Of a DNA stretch of 64,000 nucleotides, positions 40,201 through 48,943 are shown piece by piece. The notes below the pieces were generated by a model. The model searched no databases, was not told the DNA's origin, and saw nothing but the letters and a program-made list of their open reading frames with translations. Origin of the DNA: a virus; IMG/VR virus record IMGVR_UViG_3300008262_000040; one strand, written 5' to 3'. The stretch's first letter is position 1. Each line of letters opens with the position of its first letter. The position numbers were made by a program, and so were the translations under genes.

Positions 40201-41339
40201 AAGCAAGAGGAAACGGCTCACACGCAGAAGGAGAAGACACAGATGCAATAGGACCAAGATCACATGCAGAAGGACAACAAACACAAGCTGTAGGTACCCA
40301 TTCACACGCCGAAGGTTACAACACAATAGCATCAGGTTCTTGGTCACATGCTGAAGGCAATTACACACAAGCAATAAACGATTTTTCACATGCTGAAGGT
40401 AGTGGCGCACAAGCAATAGGAGTAGCTTCACACGCTGAAGGAGCTGATACACAAGCATCAGGTTCATTTTCACACGCTGAAGGATATACCACCTATGCAA
40501 TAGGAATAGGATCACACGCTGAAGGAGTTGAAACAATAGCATCAGGTTCATATTCACATGCTGAAGGTAATAACACAGAAGCGAGGGGACTGTATTCACA
40601 TGCAGAAGGAATGAGCACAAGAGCAATAGGAGAAGGATCACACGCAGAAGGGGGGTATCAACCTGGTTCATCCCCCATAGCTATAGGACAGGGTTCACAT
40701 GCTGAGGGTTTCTATACGATATCATCAGGTTCTTGGTCACATGCAGAGGGAGCTCAATCTATTGCACTAGGTGATTATTCACACACTGAAGGCGGCGATG
40801 AGAGTAATACAGTTATAGCACAGGGACGATCATCTCATGCTGAAGGGGCTGGTACATTTACAATAGGAAACTACTCACACGCAGAAGGAGAGCGTACACA
40901 GGCAGGAGGAAGAGGTTCGCACGCTGAAGGTTACTATACAACCAGTTCTGGTAACTACTCGCATGCGGAAGGAGTAGCAACAATCGCATCAGCCTCTTTC
41001 CAGCACGTTCAAGGTATAGCAAACATCGGAAGTACAGTAGCAGGAGCATTCATAGTAGGAAATGGAACAATAGATATTGGTGGTAATGCACTAACAAGAA
41101 GCAACCTAATCTTTGCAGCAGGAAACACAGTACAGATAACAGGATCACTAAACATAACTGGCTCTCTTAATTTCCTCTCAGGCAGTCAGCAACAGCTGCA
41201 GATACAAAACGGCATACTAATACTATCACAAGTATCAGCAAGCTTAGACTTTGCAAACGATGCAGCAGCTGCGGCAGGTGGAGTACCGCTAGGTGGACTA
41301 TACAGAAACGGAAACGCAATCTCAATCAGAATAGTATAA
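37242..41339 (+). CDS. Long tail fibre/adhesin with repeat modules
   Basis: Six SLLxTAS..NTITFTKG repeats, GDRLLVKNQ...NGVY domain, 20 SHAEG repeats. Confidence 0.85.
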   Translation: MGLIYRTSSLANIGASSIKNAELTYEEGDGNIAFLLTNLSGSNVSIQGNTTIDGPIQLNGNLQADGIIYASNLTSASQNYTVTYDTGSGRLYYTASSAILGAAPTLQQVTDKGKITTNNIEILGQAIIGNQGINLYAGTNGFSGTPARVYIYDDTFGDSQTISITNTVYSSSGYTLSISRPLLGSSYSLTYPTTGGFFAVSVNSTASNAAGNITITTVPTASFVTASNVFGPYGSSSVLSSSFAISASWAPFVATNTGSLLVTASVASNTITFTKGDGSTFPISVNTGSAVTTPTASLLVTASATNNTITFTKGNGDVFNVTIATGSATPTGSLLTTASISLNTITFTKGDGSTFPITVNTGSVDLSGYTTNTTFNSFTSSYKTDSSSFDQRINNISFDTSSLPTPAITVNAATTAALPGTAQYNNGVSGVGAFISSSANVSFGNIDGVALVPGDRLLVKNQAAQLQNGVYEIVSTGSASSRYILSRSLDSDETSELDSQIVIPSFGSTNAGGIFAQNTNNPVIGTNNIVYVRQTTTLVTQNTTGTQTIYQIPWWTGTSRDLSRGSNNFRYINVTSGTTVTTSSLQLTGSFNLSGSAFVTGLTSASQTNVLTYNSSTGQVFFTASSAIGGGTTNTGSFTGSFIGLLEGTASWAQNAVNANSVPLVAGPGIDVNGLEITASVRSVNAVFPVNGNIAVALSLTKTGTSASLVVEPTASLADATIWIVSGDPTPANNGDTYIYNSGSQQWFQIAPLDQAAGDARYLMLTPQSPLNGNLDLGGYDINNVNRLYGTASWATSASWAPSTATDTGSLLITASVSSNTVTFTKGNGDQFNITIDTGSAVTTPTASLLVTASVSSNTITFTKGDTSQFSITVDTGSAAAVDTGSLLTTASVSLNTITFTKGDGTPFNITVDTGSGGPGTPAPSDTFIQYNSGSTFGADATFRFIYISQSLQQGDGATAIGLYSHAEGSSTQALEYASHAEGVGTQARGNGSHAEGEDTDAIGPRSHAEGQQTQAVGTHSHAEGYNTIASGSWSHAEGNYTQAINDFSHAEGSGAQAIGVASHAEGADTQASGSFSHAEGYTTYAIGIGSHAEGVETIASGSYSHAEGNNTEARGLYSHAEGMSTRAIGEGSHAEGGYQPGSSPIAIGQGSHAEGFYTISSGSWSHAEGAQSIALGDYSHTEGGDESNTVIAQGRSSHAEGAGTFTIGNYSHAEGERTQAGGRGSHAEGYYTTSSGNYSHAEGVATIASASFQHVQGIANIGSTVAGAFIVGNGTIDIGGNALTRSNLIFAAGNTVQITGSLNITGSLNFLSGSQQQLQIQNGILILSQVSASLDFANDAAAAAGGVPLGGLYRNGNAISIRIV
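38098..38149 (+). repeat. 52-bp intragenic direct repeat, copy 1
   Basis: Matches 39751-39802 with one mismatch. Confidence 0.85.
39751..39802 (+). repeat. 52-bp intragenic direct repeat, copy 2
   Basis: Matches 38098-38149. Confidence 0.85.
40131..40975 (+). repeat. Coding tandem repeat, about 42-bp (14-aa) SHAEG units, YadA-head-like
   Basis: 20 SH(A/T)EG units counted. Confidence 0.85.
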
Positions 41340-41349
41340 AAAATAAAAT

Positions 41350-42912
41350 ATGTCACAAACTTATAGAATAGGATCTCTCAATTTTACTGGCTCGCAAGCT
41401 GTATTAAGTGCTTCACTAGACGTATCGGGATCGGGTAGTTTTACAAATGGGCTAACTGTAACAGGTTCTATTACCGCTTTTGTAGGCTCTATTACCGCTA
41501 TTAATGGCGGTATAAATTTTGGTTCATCAGGTCAACAAAGAATGGAAGGAGCGGCAGGAGTTGGAAATTGGACTTTCCGAAATTCTGGCGGAGGAGGCTG
41601 GTTTTTTGAATGGTTACAGAATGGAGAGACTGCTATGATTCTCAATAATAGGAATAATCTCCTGGTAGGAACTACGCAGAGTGGGTCGAATTATAGAGTG
41701 GAAATTGGACGAAGTCCAGGGTCAGGGTCTTTAAAGGTAGACACGACGTTCTATGTAACAGGAAGTCAAATTGGTGTTAATAACTCACTACCCCAAAATA
41801 CATTAGACGTATCAGGCTCAGGTAGGTTTAGCAATAACTTAACTGTAAGTGGCTCAGGAAATATACTTACCATCGCTAATAGTAGTGGCACCACATTATT
41901 TAGAGTAGCAGATACAGGAATTGCAGAAACCTTAGGAGCATCATCAGGTAACTACTCATTAGTAGTTAATTCAAATGCGGCTAGCGGAGGATCTTTTGGA
42001 TTGAGCGTTGTTGCCGGTACAAACACCAGCGATGCTGCTATTAGAGTACGCAATAAAGCCAACACAGCAGATCTTCTAGTAGTGAGAGGGGATGGGACTA
42101 CTTTTACAAATAATCTAACAGCAACCGGCAGCTTAACGGTAGCCGGTGGAGACCTGTCAGTGATAACGGGTAGTGCAAATTATTTAAGAGTGTTTCCTTC
42201 AACAGGTAACGTGTTTATAGGATCAACACCTGTAGACGGTGGATTCAAATTAGATGTAAACGGCACTACAAGAATACAAAATACACTAACAGTATCAGCA
42301 GGTGGAGCTAATATTGTGGGAAATACAACAATAACGGGATCATTCGGCGTACAAGGCTCAGTAGCTATTACAAATTTCCTAACAGCCTCAACTGCTCTAT
42401 TATCAGGCTCAGGTGACTCCAGATTAAGAGTACTTGGATCAGGATCAAATAATCCAATAATGAGTGTAGGAGGATCATCGGGTCAATTATTTACTGTAAC
42501 AGATAGCTTATCCGGAGCCATATTTACAGTAAACAATTTATCCGCTTTACCAATCCTATCAGTAAATTCAGACGACACTGTAAAGATAGGTGCTTCAAAC
42601 GCAATGGGATTGTATAGTAGTTACAGAGTGGTAACAACCACAGCAAATACGGAAATTTATAAAGTATTAACAGCGTCCTACGACGCTCTGTACGTTGACT
42701 ACTCAATAAAAAGCGGATCTAATGCAAGAGCAGGCCAGCTCGTATCGATATGGTCAGGTAGTCAAGTAAACTACACAGAACTAAGTGCCTCTCAATTTGG
42801 AGATACGTCTGGATTTACTTTTGCTGCTTACATTTCACAGAGCTATATGAATGTATCATCATCGGCTACAACGAATGGTTGGGACGTGAAAACAATTATA
42901 AGAAGTATATAA
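41350..42912 (+). CDS. Tail fibre protein
   Basis: G/S/T-rich; LDVSGSG.F repeats. Confidence 0.7.
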   Translation: MSQTYRIGSLNFTGSQAVLSASLDVSGSGSFTNGLTVTGSITAFVGSITAINGGINFGSSGQQRMEGAAGVGNWTFRNSGGGGWFFEWLQNGETAMILNNRNNLLVGTTQSGSNYRVEIGRSPGSGSLKVDTTFYVTGSQIGVNNSLPQNTLDVSGSGRFSNNLTVSGSGNILTIANSSGTTLFRVADTGIAETLGASSGNYSLVVNSNAASGGSFGLSVVAGTNTSDAAIRVRNKANTADLLVVRGDGTTFTNNLTATGSLTVAGGDLSVITGSANYLRVFPSTGNVFIGSTPVDGGFKLDVNGTTRIQNTLTVSAGGANIVGNTTITGSFGVQGSVAITNFLTASTALLSGSGDSRLRVLGSGSNNPIMSVGGSSGQLFTVTDSLSGAIFTVNNLSALPILSVNSDDTVKIGASNAMGLYSSYRVVTTTANTEIYKVLTASYDALYVDYSIKSGSNARAGQLVSIWSGSQVNYTELSASQFGDTSGFTFAAYISQSYMNVSSSATTNGWDVKTIIRSI

Positions 42913-42913
42913 C

Positions 42914-43738
42914 ATGGCTATAACGATACACGGAGAGGGTGGAGCTACAGTTAGCATCAACGCAAACTCAATGAGAGTTGATTCTGGTGGAGGTATTATA
43001 ACAGACGGATTAATTAGACACTACGATTTTGCAAATGCTGACAGCTACCCTGGAACAGGAAATACGTGGACAGATTTATCACCTAACAACGTTAGTGCAA
43101 CAACAACAAACGGCACCGCTCCAACATTTACAACATCTAGATTAGGGGGATTAGTATTTAATGGATCAGCTAGCGTAGGTCCAATACCATCAATTCCATA
43201 CGTAGATTTAGGAACAAATCCTTTTGCTGTTGATGTATGGCTTACCTACCAACAAAATTCAGGAAGTGCAGCAGGAGCAGAGTATTTAAGAGGAAATCTA
43301 TCATGCGCAGATTTATGGTCCACCTTCGCTCCCGGAGATGAAGGTTGGGGAATTGGATATGATGCAGGACATAATTTATTTGCAGGTGTTAGATTAAGTA
43401 CAGGAAACGTTGTTGCTTCTGCAAACACAGCGTTTCTATCACCATCTTTTGGTCAAGTAGTTAATATTTTTATACACAGAAACACAAGTACACAGGTTAT
43501 AGAAACCTATATTAACGGAAGTAGGAGGATATCGTCTAGTGTAAGTAATGCGATATCATTGACAGGAAACAGAAATCCAATAACAGCTACCACTTGGGAA
43601 GCAACTGCAATAAACTCCGTCAACTGGAGACCTCTAACAACTTTTCACTCAATAAAACTATACCAAAACAAAAACTTTACAGCTAGAGAAATCTTAAAAA
43701 ATTACAACGCTCTAGCTCCTAGATTTGGATTAATATAA
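42914..43738 (+). CDS. Concanavalin A/LamG-like lectin domain protein
   Basis: IITDGL...YDFAN.DSYPGTGNTWTDLS...YING...EIL.NYNA. Confidence 0.75.
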   Translation: MAITIHGEGGATVSINANSMRVDSGGGIITDGLIRHYDFANADSYPGTGNTWTDLSPNNVSATTTNGTAPTFTTSRLGGLVFNGSASVGPIPSIPYVDLGTNPFAVDVWLTYQQNSGSAAGAEYLRGNLSCADLWSTFAPGDEGWGIGYDAGHNLFAGVRLSTGNVVASANTAFLSPSFGQVVNIFIHRNTSTQVIETYINGSRRISSSVSNAISLTGNRNPITATTWEATAINSVNWRPLTTFHSIKLYQNKNFTAREILKNYNALAPRFGLI

Positions 43739-43755
43739 ACGCATATTTATAATAT

Positions 43756-44067
43756 ATGCCAATTACCCCAGCTAATCCAAACAATTTTACCATGTCCTTC
43801 TCTGCCGAGAGTACCATATACGAGAACTCTGTGAGTTGTAGGATAAACGAAAACGACTTTAATTACACACTCAACCCAAGCGCTATAAAGTCTGGTTCTT
43901 TTGGCCAATACGAAGACTTTGCCACAGGTTCCGAATTTAGACCTTACGCCACAACAATAGGCCTTTACAACGATGCTGATCAACTTCTTTTAGTCGGTAA
44001 GCTATCAACGCCTTATCCCATACCAAGCAACACGGACGTAACCTTTGTGGTGCGTTGGGACAGTTAA
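43756..44067 (+). CDS. C-terminal half of a paralogue of 34636..35667
   Basis: IYEN...C.I.ENDFNYT.NPS...PYATTIGLYND..QLL.VGKL..P; has its own late motif. Confidence 0.55.
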   Translation: MPITPANPNNFTMSFSAESTIYENSVSCRINENDFNYTLNPSAIKSGSFGQYEDFATGSEFRPYATTIGLYNDADQLLLVGKLSTPYPIPSNTDVTFVVRWDS

Positions 44068-44091
44068 ACATATTTATAATAAACAAAGTCT

Positions 44092-44577
44092 ATGTCAAAT
44101 TGGTTGTACGAGGGGAAAGAGATCTCTAGCATCTCTGAGTTCCCAGAAGGTTGCGTTGGTTTCGTATACATGATCACAAACACTACGAACGGGAAGTTCT
44201 ACATTGGAAAGAAGACGCTTCACAACACTCTCACAAAGAAACTCACAAAGAAAGAAGCGTTGAACTGGGATAAACCGGGTCGCATACCAAAGAAAAAGAA
44301 GGAAAAGAAAGAAAGCAACTGGATCGACTACAACGGTAGCAACAAAGCATTACAGGAGGACATAAAGCTCATAGGCATACAGCACTTTCACAGGGAGATA
44401 CTGGAGTTCTGCTTCAACAAAAAACAGTGCACTTACTACGAAGAGGCATGGCAACACAAGCTTCGAGTGCTTCACGTAGACTCATACAACGATACGATAG
44501 CGGGAAGATACTATAGAAGGGACGTTAAACCAGACCCAGAACTGCACCCGAGTTCATCCTTGCAGCCAAATTCCTAA
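44092..44577 (+). CDS. GIY-YIG family endonuclease-like protein
   Basis: GFVYMITNTTNGKFYIGKK...Y.GS...E...YN. Confidence 0.7.
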   Translation: MSNWLYEGKEISSISEFPEGCVGFVYMITNTTNGKFYIGKKTLHNTLTKKLTKKEALNWDKPGRIPKKKKEKKESNWIDYNGSNKALQEDIKLIGIQHFHREILEFCFNKKQCTYYEEAWQHKLRVLHVDSYNDTIAGRYYRRDVKPDPELHPSSSLQPNS

Positions 44578-44599
44578 GACGGGTTAACGTATAGACCAT

Positions 44600-44624
44600 A
44601 AAAAAGGAGCTCCAATGAGCTCCC
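44600..44624 (-). terminator. Rho-independent terminator after the lysis cassette
   Basis: GGAGCTC/GAGCTCC hairpin plus T-run on -; same stem as 46686-46710. Confidence 0.7.
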
Positions 44625-44646
44625 ATTTATTTTTGGTAATGTTGTT

Positions 44647-45246
44647 CTATTTCAATAGGTTATAGTACTCTTTGAAGTGCTTTATACGATCAGGTAAACC
44701 TATAGTACCGCCGTTCACTCTTTTTGTTACCGACGTTACTACTGCGTCAGTAGCACCACCGTCAGCAATCTTGTGTAATCCGTTCTTGTGAAAGAACCAA
44801 GCAGCGGATAGCAACGGATACTTGGTTGCTACTAGATCAGGATTGTCTAGAATGGATTCAGCTACCACAGCATCAAATGCTTTGTAGTTGTCTTTACCGG
44901 TTAGTTGGATGTAGCCGCGGCCTCTGAATTTCCAGCCTTCACCAGATGCTTCAGGTCCGTTACCCATTCTACCACCATATACTAGGTTAGCAATCTTTTC
45001 TGGCTTGCGCTCGTATAAAGCTGCTTTCTCTGGTGTTGGGAAATACTTCTTGAAGATCCCTAATAGACCTTTAGCGCCGTAGTTTAGATTCTCGTTTACA
45101 GCCTTAAAGCCTCCGCTCTCGTGTCCAGCTTGAGCTAGGAAGTGAGCTAAGCGGAGCGGTGTATTTAATTCGAATTTTGCGATTGTGTCCGGTAACTGTG
45201 CGATAACAGTATCAGGAATGTGTCCTTTTAGTTTGTTAATGTCCAT
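44647..45246 (-). CDS. Endolysin, glycoside hydrolase family 19
   Basis: LAHFLAQ..HESGGF, RGRGYIQLTG..NY, VTKRVNGG..GL.DR. Confidence 0.9.
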   Translation of the reverse strand: MDINKLKGHIPDTVIAQLPDTIAKFELNTPLRLAHFLAQAGHESGGFKAVNENLNYGAKGLLGIFKKYFPTPEKAALYERKPEKIANLVYGGRMGNGPEASGEGWKFRGRGYIQLTGKDNYKAFDAVVAESILDNPDLVATKYPLLSAAWFFHKNGLHKIADGGATDAVVTSVTKRVNGGTIGLPDRIKHFKEYYNLLK

Positions 45247-45262
45247 AGATTTTTATTTTACT

Positions 45263-45691
45263 TTATTGACTTATACCACCTATAAATACAGCTATCCACA
45301 CAACCAATGCAGATACTACGCCTATAGTTACTCTTTTTTTAACTTGTCTATCTTCAAATTCCATTTTTTTGTATTTTTCAATTTCTTGAAGATATGTTTG
45401 GTTTAGTAGTAAAGATTGTTTTAATTCGCTTTGACTTTTAGTTAGATCGGTATTTGTTTTGAATAAACGATCGTTTGTTATTTTTAAATTCTCTTTGTTG
45501 ATGAATAGCGATTTATTTAACAAACTAATACTGTCTTTCATTTGCACAAATTTATTATCAATAGATTGTGCTTGAGGAACAGTCATAATAACAACTTCGG
45601 TTCCCTTAATTGTCTTAGTTGTCGGATATTGCGCGGATGCGGAAAGAGCTACCATCGTCATCAAGATCGTTAAGCTTTTCTTTAAGTTCAT
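45263..45691 (-). CDS. Signal peptide plus coiled coil plus C-terminal TM (spanin-like)
   Basis: ASA-Q cleavage site; C-terminal hydrophobic helix; lysis context. Confidence 0.5.
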   Translation of the reverse strand: MNLKKSLTILMTMVALSASAQYPTTKTIKGTEVVIMTVPQAQSIDNKFVQMKDSISLLNKSLFINKENLKITNDRLFKTNTDLTKSQSELKQSLLLNQTYLQEIEKYKKMEFEDRQVKKRVTIGVVSALVVWIAVFIGGISQ

Positions 45692-45932
45692 TGTTTTCGG
45701 CTTTTAATTGTTTAACCTCAGTCTCTAATTTGGTTATCTTCTGTGCAGTCTTTTCTATTTTGCCTGTAACAAGACTATCACTTTTTTTACTGACTCCGTT
45801 AGCAATTTCTAGATTTTGCTGGCTTTTTGTAATAATGCTATCAAATTTTGCATAATCGTTAATGTTAACCTGTTCTGTTTTTGAATTACAACCCATAAAC
45901 AATAGAGCTGTTAATGCTACTACGTATTTCAT
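45615..45932 (-). CDS. Coiled-coil lipoprotein (o-spanin-like)
   Basis: Lipobox LFMG-C; overlaps the downstream gene by 77 bp. Confidence 0.55.
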   Translation of the reverse strand: MKYVVALTALLFMGCNSKTEQVNINDYAKFDSIITKSQQNLEIANGVSKKSDSLVTGKIEKTAQKITKLETEVKQLKAENNELKEKLNDLDDDGSSFRIRAISDN

Positions 45933-45933
45933 A

Positions 45934-46236
45934 TTATTTAATTTTACCTAATTCTTGCAATACTGCTATCTTAGATGAGGCAGCCGCTAATGTGCTATCA
46001 GACTTTCTAAGAGCATCAGTTAACTGATCGACCTTGCCTTCCAGCTTTTCAATCTTTTCGTTTTGAACTTTTTGCGTAGAGGTATTTGTCATTTTGATAT
46101 CGACGTATAGATAACCCACCGCAATGATGCAGATGAACATCAACCCTTTAACAGGCTCTTTTGCAAACTCTTTAAAACTGATAGGGGGTTTCACTGCACC
46201 CGCTACTGATTCTGCTGTTGATTTTTTGGCTGCCAT
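45934..46236 (-). CDS. Single-TM coiled-coil protein (holin or i-spanin-like)
   Basis: One TM then coiled coil; lysis context. Confidence 0.45.
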   Translation of the reverse strand: MAAKKSTAESVAGAVKPPISFKEFAKEPVKGLMFICIIAVGYLYVDIKMTNTSTQKVQNEKIEKLEGKVDQLTDALRKSDSTLAAASSKIAVLQELGKIK

Positions 46237-46238
46237 AG

Positions 46239-46514
46239 TTATAGATTTTCGCTTTGGTTTGTTTCGTCTTGTGATTTATTTTCGTACTTAGAATTTATGA
46301 ATTTATCCACCGATGCTATACCAAAAGCACCTAACGTCATTATTAAAAATGAATTAAAGATAAAATCGTTAATGACAAGTTGCTTGCCAAAATAACCGCT
46401 TACTATATCAGCTATTGCAAAAATAACCATCACAATAAATGATGCAAAACCAACAACGGATTTCTCGTTGATGTCGTTACCGTCTCTAAAGAGATTACTT
46501 AAAAATTTTTTCAT
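46239..46514 (-). CDS. Putative holin (two TM)
   Basis: Start re-set to MKKFLSNLF; two TM helices and a charged C-tail. Confidence 0.55.
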   Translation of the reverse strand: MKKFLSNLFRDGNDINEKSVVGFASFIVMVIFAIADIVSGYFGKQLVINDFIFNSFLIMTLGAFGIASVDKFINSKYENKSQDETNQSENL

Positions 46515-46685
46515 GGGTGGTAGGATTTTACAAAAAAAATGGCTATAGCGCTTTTGTGCTATAACCATTCTGACAATAAATATACGAAAATAGAGAAAGA
46601 TGAGATAAAATATGTTAACTCCCAGAGCAGCATGGGAGCTTACCACCAAGACATAATCTTTTGGTTAGGGTAACATATAGGCCCT

Positions 46686-46710
46686 AAAAAAGGAGCTCTG
46701 GTGAGCTCCT
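46686..46710 (-). terminator. Rho-independent terminator after the modification operon
   Basis: AGGAGCTC/GAGCTCCT hairpin plus T-run. Confidence 0.7.
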
Positions 46711-46769
46711 GGTGCGTTGGTTTAGGTTTGCAACGGCTTGGTTTCCAACTAGTTATAACTGATTGGTTA

Positions 46770-47765
46770 TCAATACATTAGGTTTCTTTCGTGGATACTA
46801 CTTAAAAACTGCGGTGTGTTACCCAAATTGAACCTATCGTTGAATATCCATGTGTAGGGAATGTTCTTAGTTGGACGCTTCTCTCCGTGAGATATAGCTA
46901 TGTGTTTCCAAAAGAAGCACGTTTTATCTTCTACGTTCAAGTACTTTTGAACTTTCATCGGATTGGAAGGGTGTTCTACCAACACTTTCATCTGTCTCAG
47001 CCACTCGTCAGCGTGTTTGTTTTCAGGTATAAACTCACCGGAGCTATTCACAGAGTACTTGACCTTACCGTTTAGGTTCTGACCGTCGAATATCTGGTGA
47101 AGTCCGTCGAAGTGTCCCGTACCTCCAAAAAGTATGGACTCTGGATCTACAAGCCACGGATAGGACATAGCTACGTATCTGGCTGTGTTCTTACAGGGAT
47201 ACAAGGGGCTTCTGAAGTTCTGGTGCTCTTTGAAGTAGGACTCAAGAAGCTTTGCAAACCCCATCATCGTAAACTTTGGTCTGATTCCCTTTTCAACCTC
47301 GTCCAATACGTAGTACAAATCTTCAGCAGCTTTCTTAGGTCCTTCCAGAATCCACTCTTTAACGTTCGTGCCTTTTGGATAATATATCTGAAATAGATCG
47401 TTTCTAGCGTGTCTGTTTTCTTTGAAGTGCTCTCTTGCTGCGTCTATGCCACCGTTGTACAGTTTTATGAAAGTACCCCAGTGCTCGTTAGTAAAAGAGA
47501 ATACAAGCGTGTAGAATAGTCTCGCTCGATTGTCTATTACATCTTGCATGTACTCACAGTATGGGTGTTCGTGCCAATGGAGACGGTGAGAGAAGATCTG
47601 GTACTCTGATTGAAGTAGATCGTCCTGTCTGTCGTCGAACTTGTGACAGAACTCGAAGAACTTGTCTATGCGTTCTTCTTCGGTCCAATCCTTCATCCAC
47701 GATCTGATTGGCTTCTTTCCTTTGAACGGCACTTCGCACGTGTTGTTGTAGATTATGTTGCTCAT
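46770..47765 (-). CDS. Putative aGPT-Pplase / amino acid:DNA transferase-like protein, paralogue 2
   Basis: ARYVAM..P..VDP.S....GTG and NVEDKTC align with the equivalent motifs of 47762..48943. Confidence 0.45.
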   Translation of the reverse strand: MSNIIYNNTCEVPFKGKKPIRSWMKDWTEEERIDKFFEFCHKFDDRQDDLLQSEYQIFSHRLHWHEHPYCEYMQDVIDNRARLFYTLVFSFTNEHWGTFIKLYNGGIDAAREHFKENRHARNDLFQIYYPKGTNVKEWILEGPKKAAEDLYYVLDEVEKGIRPKFTMMGFAKLLESYFKEHQNFRSPLYPCKNTARYVAMSYPWLVDPESILFGGTGHFDGLHQIFDGQNLNGKVKYSVNSSGEFIPENKHADEWLRQMKVLVEHPSNPMKVQKYLNVEDKTCFFWKHIAISHGEKRPTKNIPYTWIFNDRFNLGNTPQFLSSIHERNLMY

Positions 47766-48943
47766 AGTCCGTAGTGTTCTTTTACTTTTTGTTTGTATTG
47801 CTCTTCTGTTAAGTTTAACGATTTTAAGACTTTATCGTCCGATGGATGCTCTTTTATGCCGTTGAAAGATGGTACAAGCCCAAGATCAAGCATCGCTCTC
47901 TGTCTTCCGTACGGGTGATCTTTAATGCTTGAACTGTTCCATACGTGATCGAAGTCAAGGTGATCGTAATCAGCTCCTGGTTTAACGTAATTCTCAATCC
48001 AACGTATGCTATCACAAGCGACGTCCTCTGCGTTGTACGGATAGCTACCGGTGTCCTCGTATATCTTCATCATCACTGCATCCAAGAAGTCTTCTTTCTG
48101 CATCTTTATGGTTTTGGTAGCAAGGTATTCGATGCACTCAATGGCGTTTGTACCGTAGTAGAACGGGCTCTCCCTGTTCACAAACTCAGGGAACCAGTCT
48201 GCTATGTCTGCTATGAACGCTGCGTATTGGAATTTAAAAGCTTTAAGTCCACGGTCCTTGTTCCACTGAAACATGAAGTCACCTACCTCACGCAAGTTCT
48301 TTTTACCGCCCTGTTCCAAGAAAGCAGCAACGTCCTCTGCCAACTGTGGTACGTATTCGCAAAGGAAGTAGTCTCCTCCACGCTTGTATCTGCCCTGTGG
48401 TTTTGGAAAGCTTGGGAACTGGTAACCTATCGATGTGTAGAACGGTCTGATTGCCTGTTTGATTATTTCCGTCATCTGAGGAATGTTATCAGCTTTGTGC
48501 ATGTCAAACAGAAGCGTATTGTGGTAACCAGAAGGCTTCATAGAATAGTTGATAGCCGAACCAGTTAATCTGTGAAACAGAAACAGGTACAGCCACTCTC
48601 TAAGACCGAAGACGTTTCGTTTGCCCGTCCAGTTCTTAGACACTGTTTCCCTTTGCCTAGACATCAGTCCGTCCTTCATCTTGTTCCAGTACGGATGATC
48701 CTCTGAGAAACCGTAGAAGCAATCGTTGACTATTTGCGAGAATCCTGCGTACTTCCTTTCAACCACATCGTACAGTTCTACGTGTTTCATGAGGTCGTCG
48801 TTAACGCTCGAATCGCAGTGTTTGATTCTTCCAAGGTTACACTCTTCCTGTTGTATCTTTGCCATCTCGAAGTACTTTAGAAACTCTTCGTAGTACTTTG
48901 TAGGCTTAATGTATTTAACTAGTTCTGTTGCTGTTCTTGTCAT
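47762..48943 (-). CDS. Putative aGPT-Pplase / amino acid:DNA transferase-like protein, paralogue 1
   Basis: LFHR, FQYAAFIADIA..FP..V...S..Y.GTNA...I..L and NAEDVACD resemble HhH-derived base-modification enzymes. Confidence 0.5.
   Translation of the reverse strand: MTRTATELVKYIKPTKYYEEFLKYFEMAKIQQEECNLGRIKHCDSSVNDDLMKHVELYDVVERKYAGFSQIVNDCFYGFSEDHPYWNKMKDGLMSRQRETVSKNWTGKRNVFGLREWLYLFLFHRLTGSAINYSMKPSGYHNTLLFDMHKADNIPQMTEIIKQAIRPFYTSIGYQFPSFPKPQGRYKRGGDYFLCEYVPQLAEDVAAFLEQGGKKNLREVGDFMFQWNKDRGLKAFKFQYAAFIADIADWFPEFVNRESPFYYGTNAIECIEYLATKTIKMQKEDFLDAVMMKIYEDTGSYPYNAEDVACDSIRWIENYVKPGADYDHLDFDHVWNSSSIKDHPYGRQRAMLDLGLVPSFNGIKEHPSDDKVLKSLNLTEEQYKQKVKEHYGL

Noticed and set aside
40131-40975. 42-bp periodic repeat as a CRISPR array
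   Set aside because: It is in-frame coding, varies at synonymous positions, has no unique spacers, and no cas genes are present
37799-41049. Long minus-strand ORFs within the tail fibre gene
   Set aside because: They are shadows caused by repetitive Thr/Ser/Gly codon usage
44092-44577. GIY-YIG gene as an intron-encoded mobile element
   Set aside because: It is free-standing with its own late motif; no interrupted gene or intron core is visible
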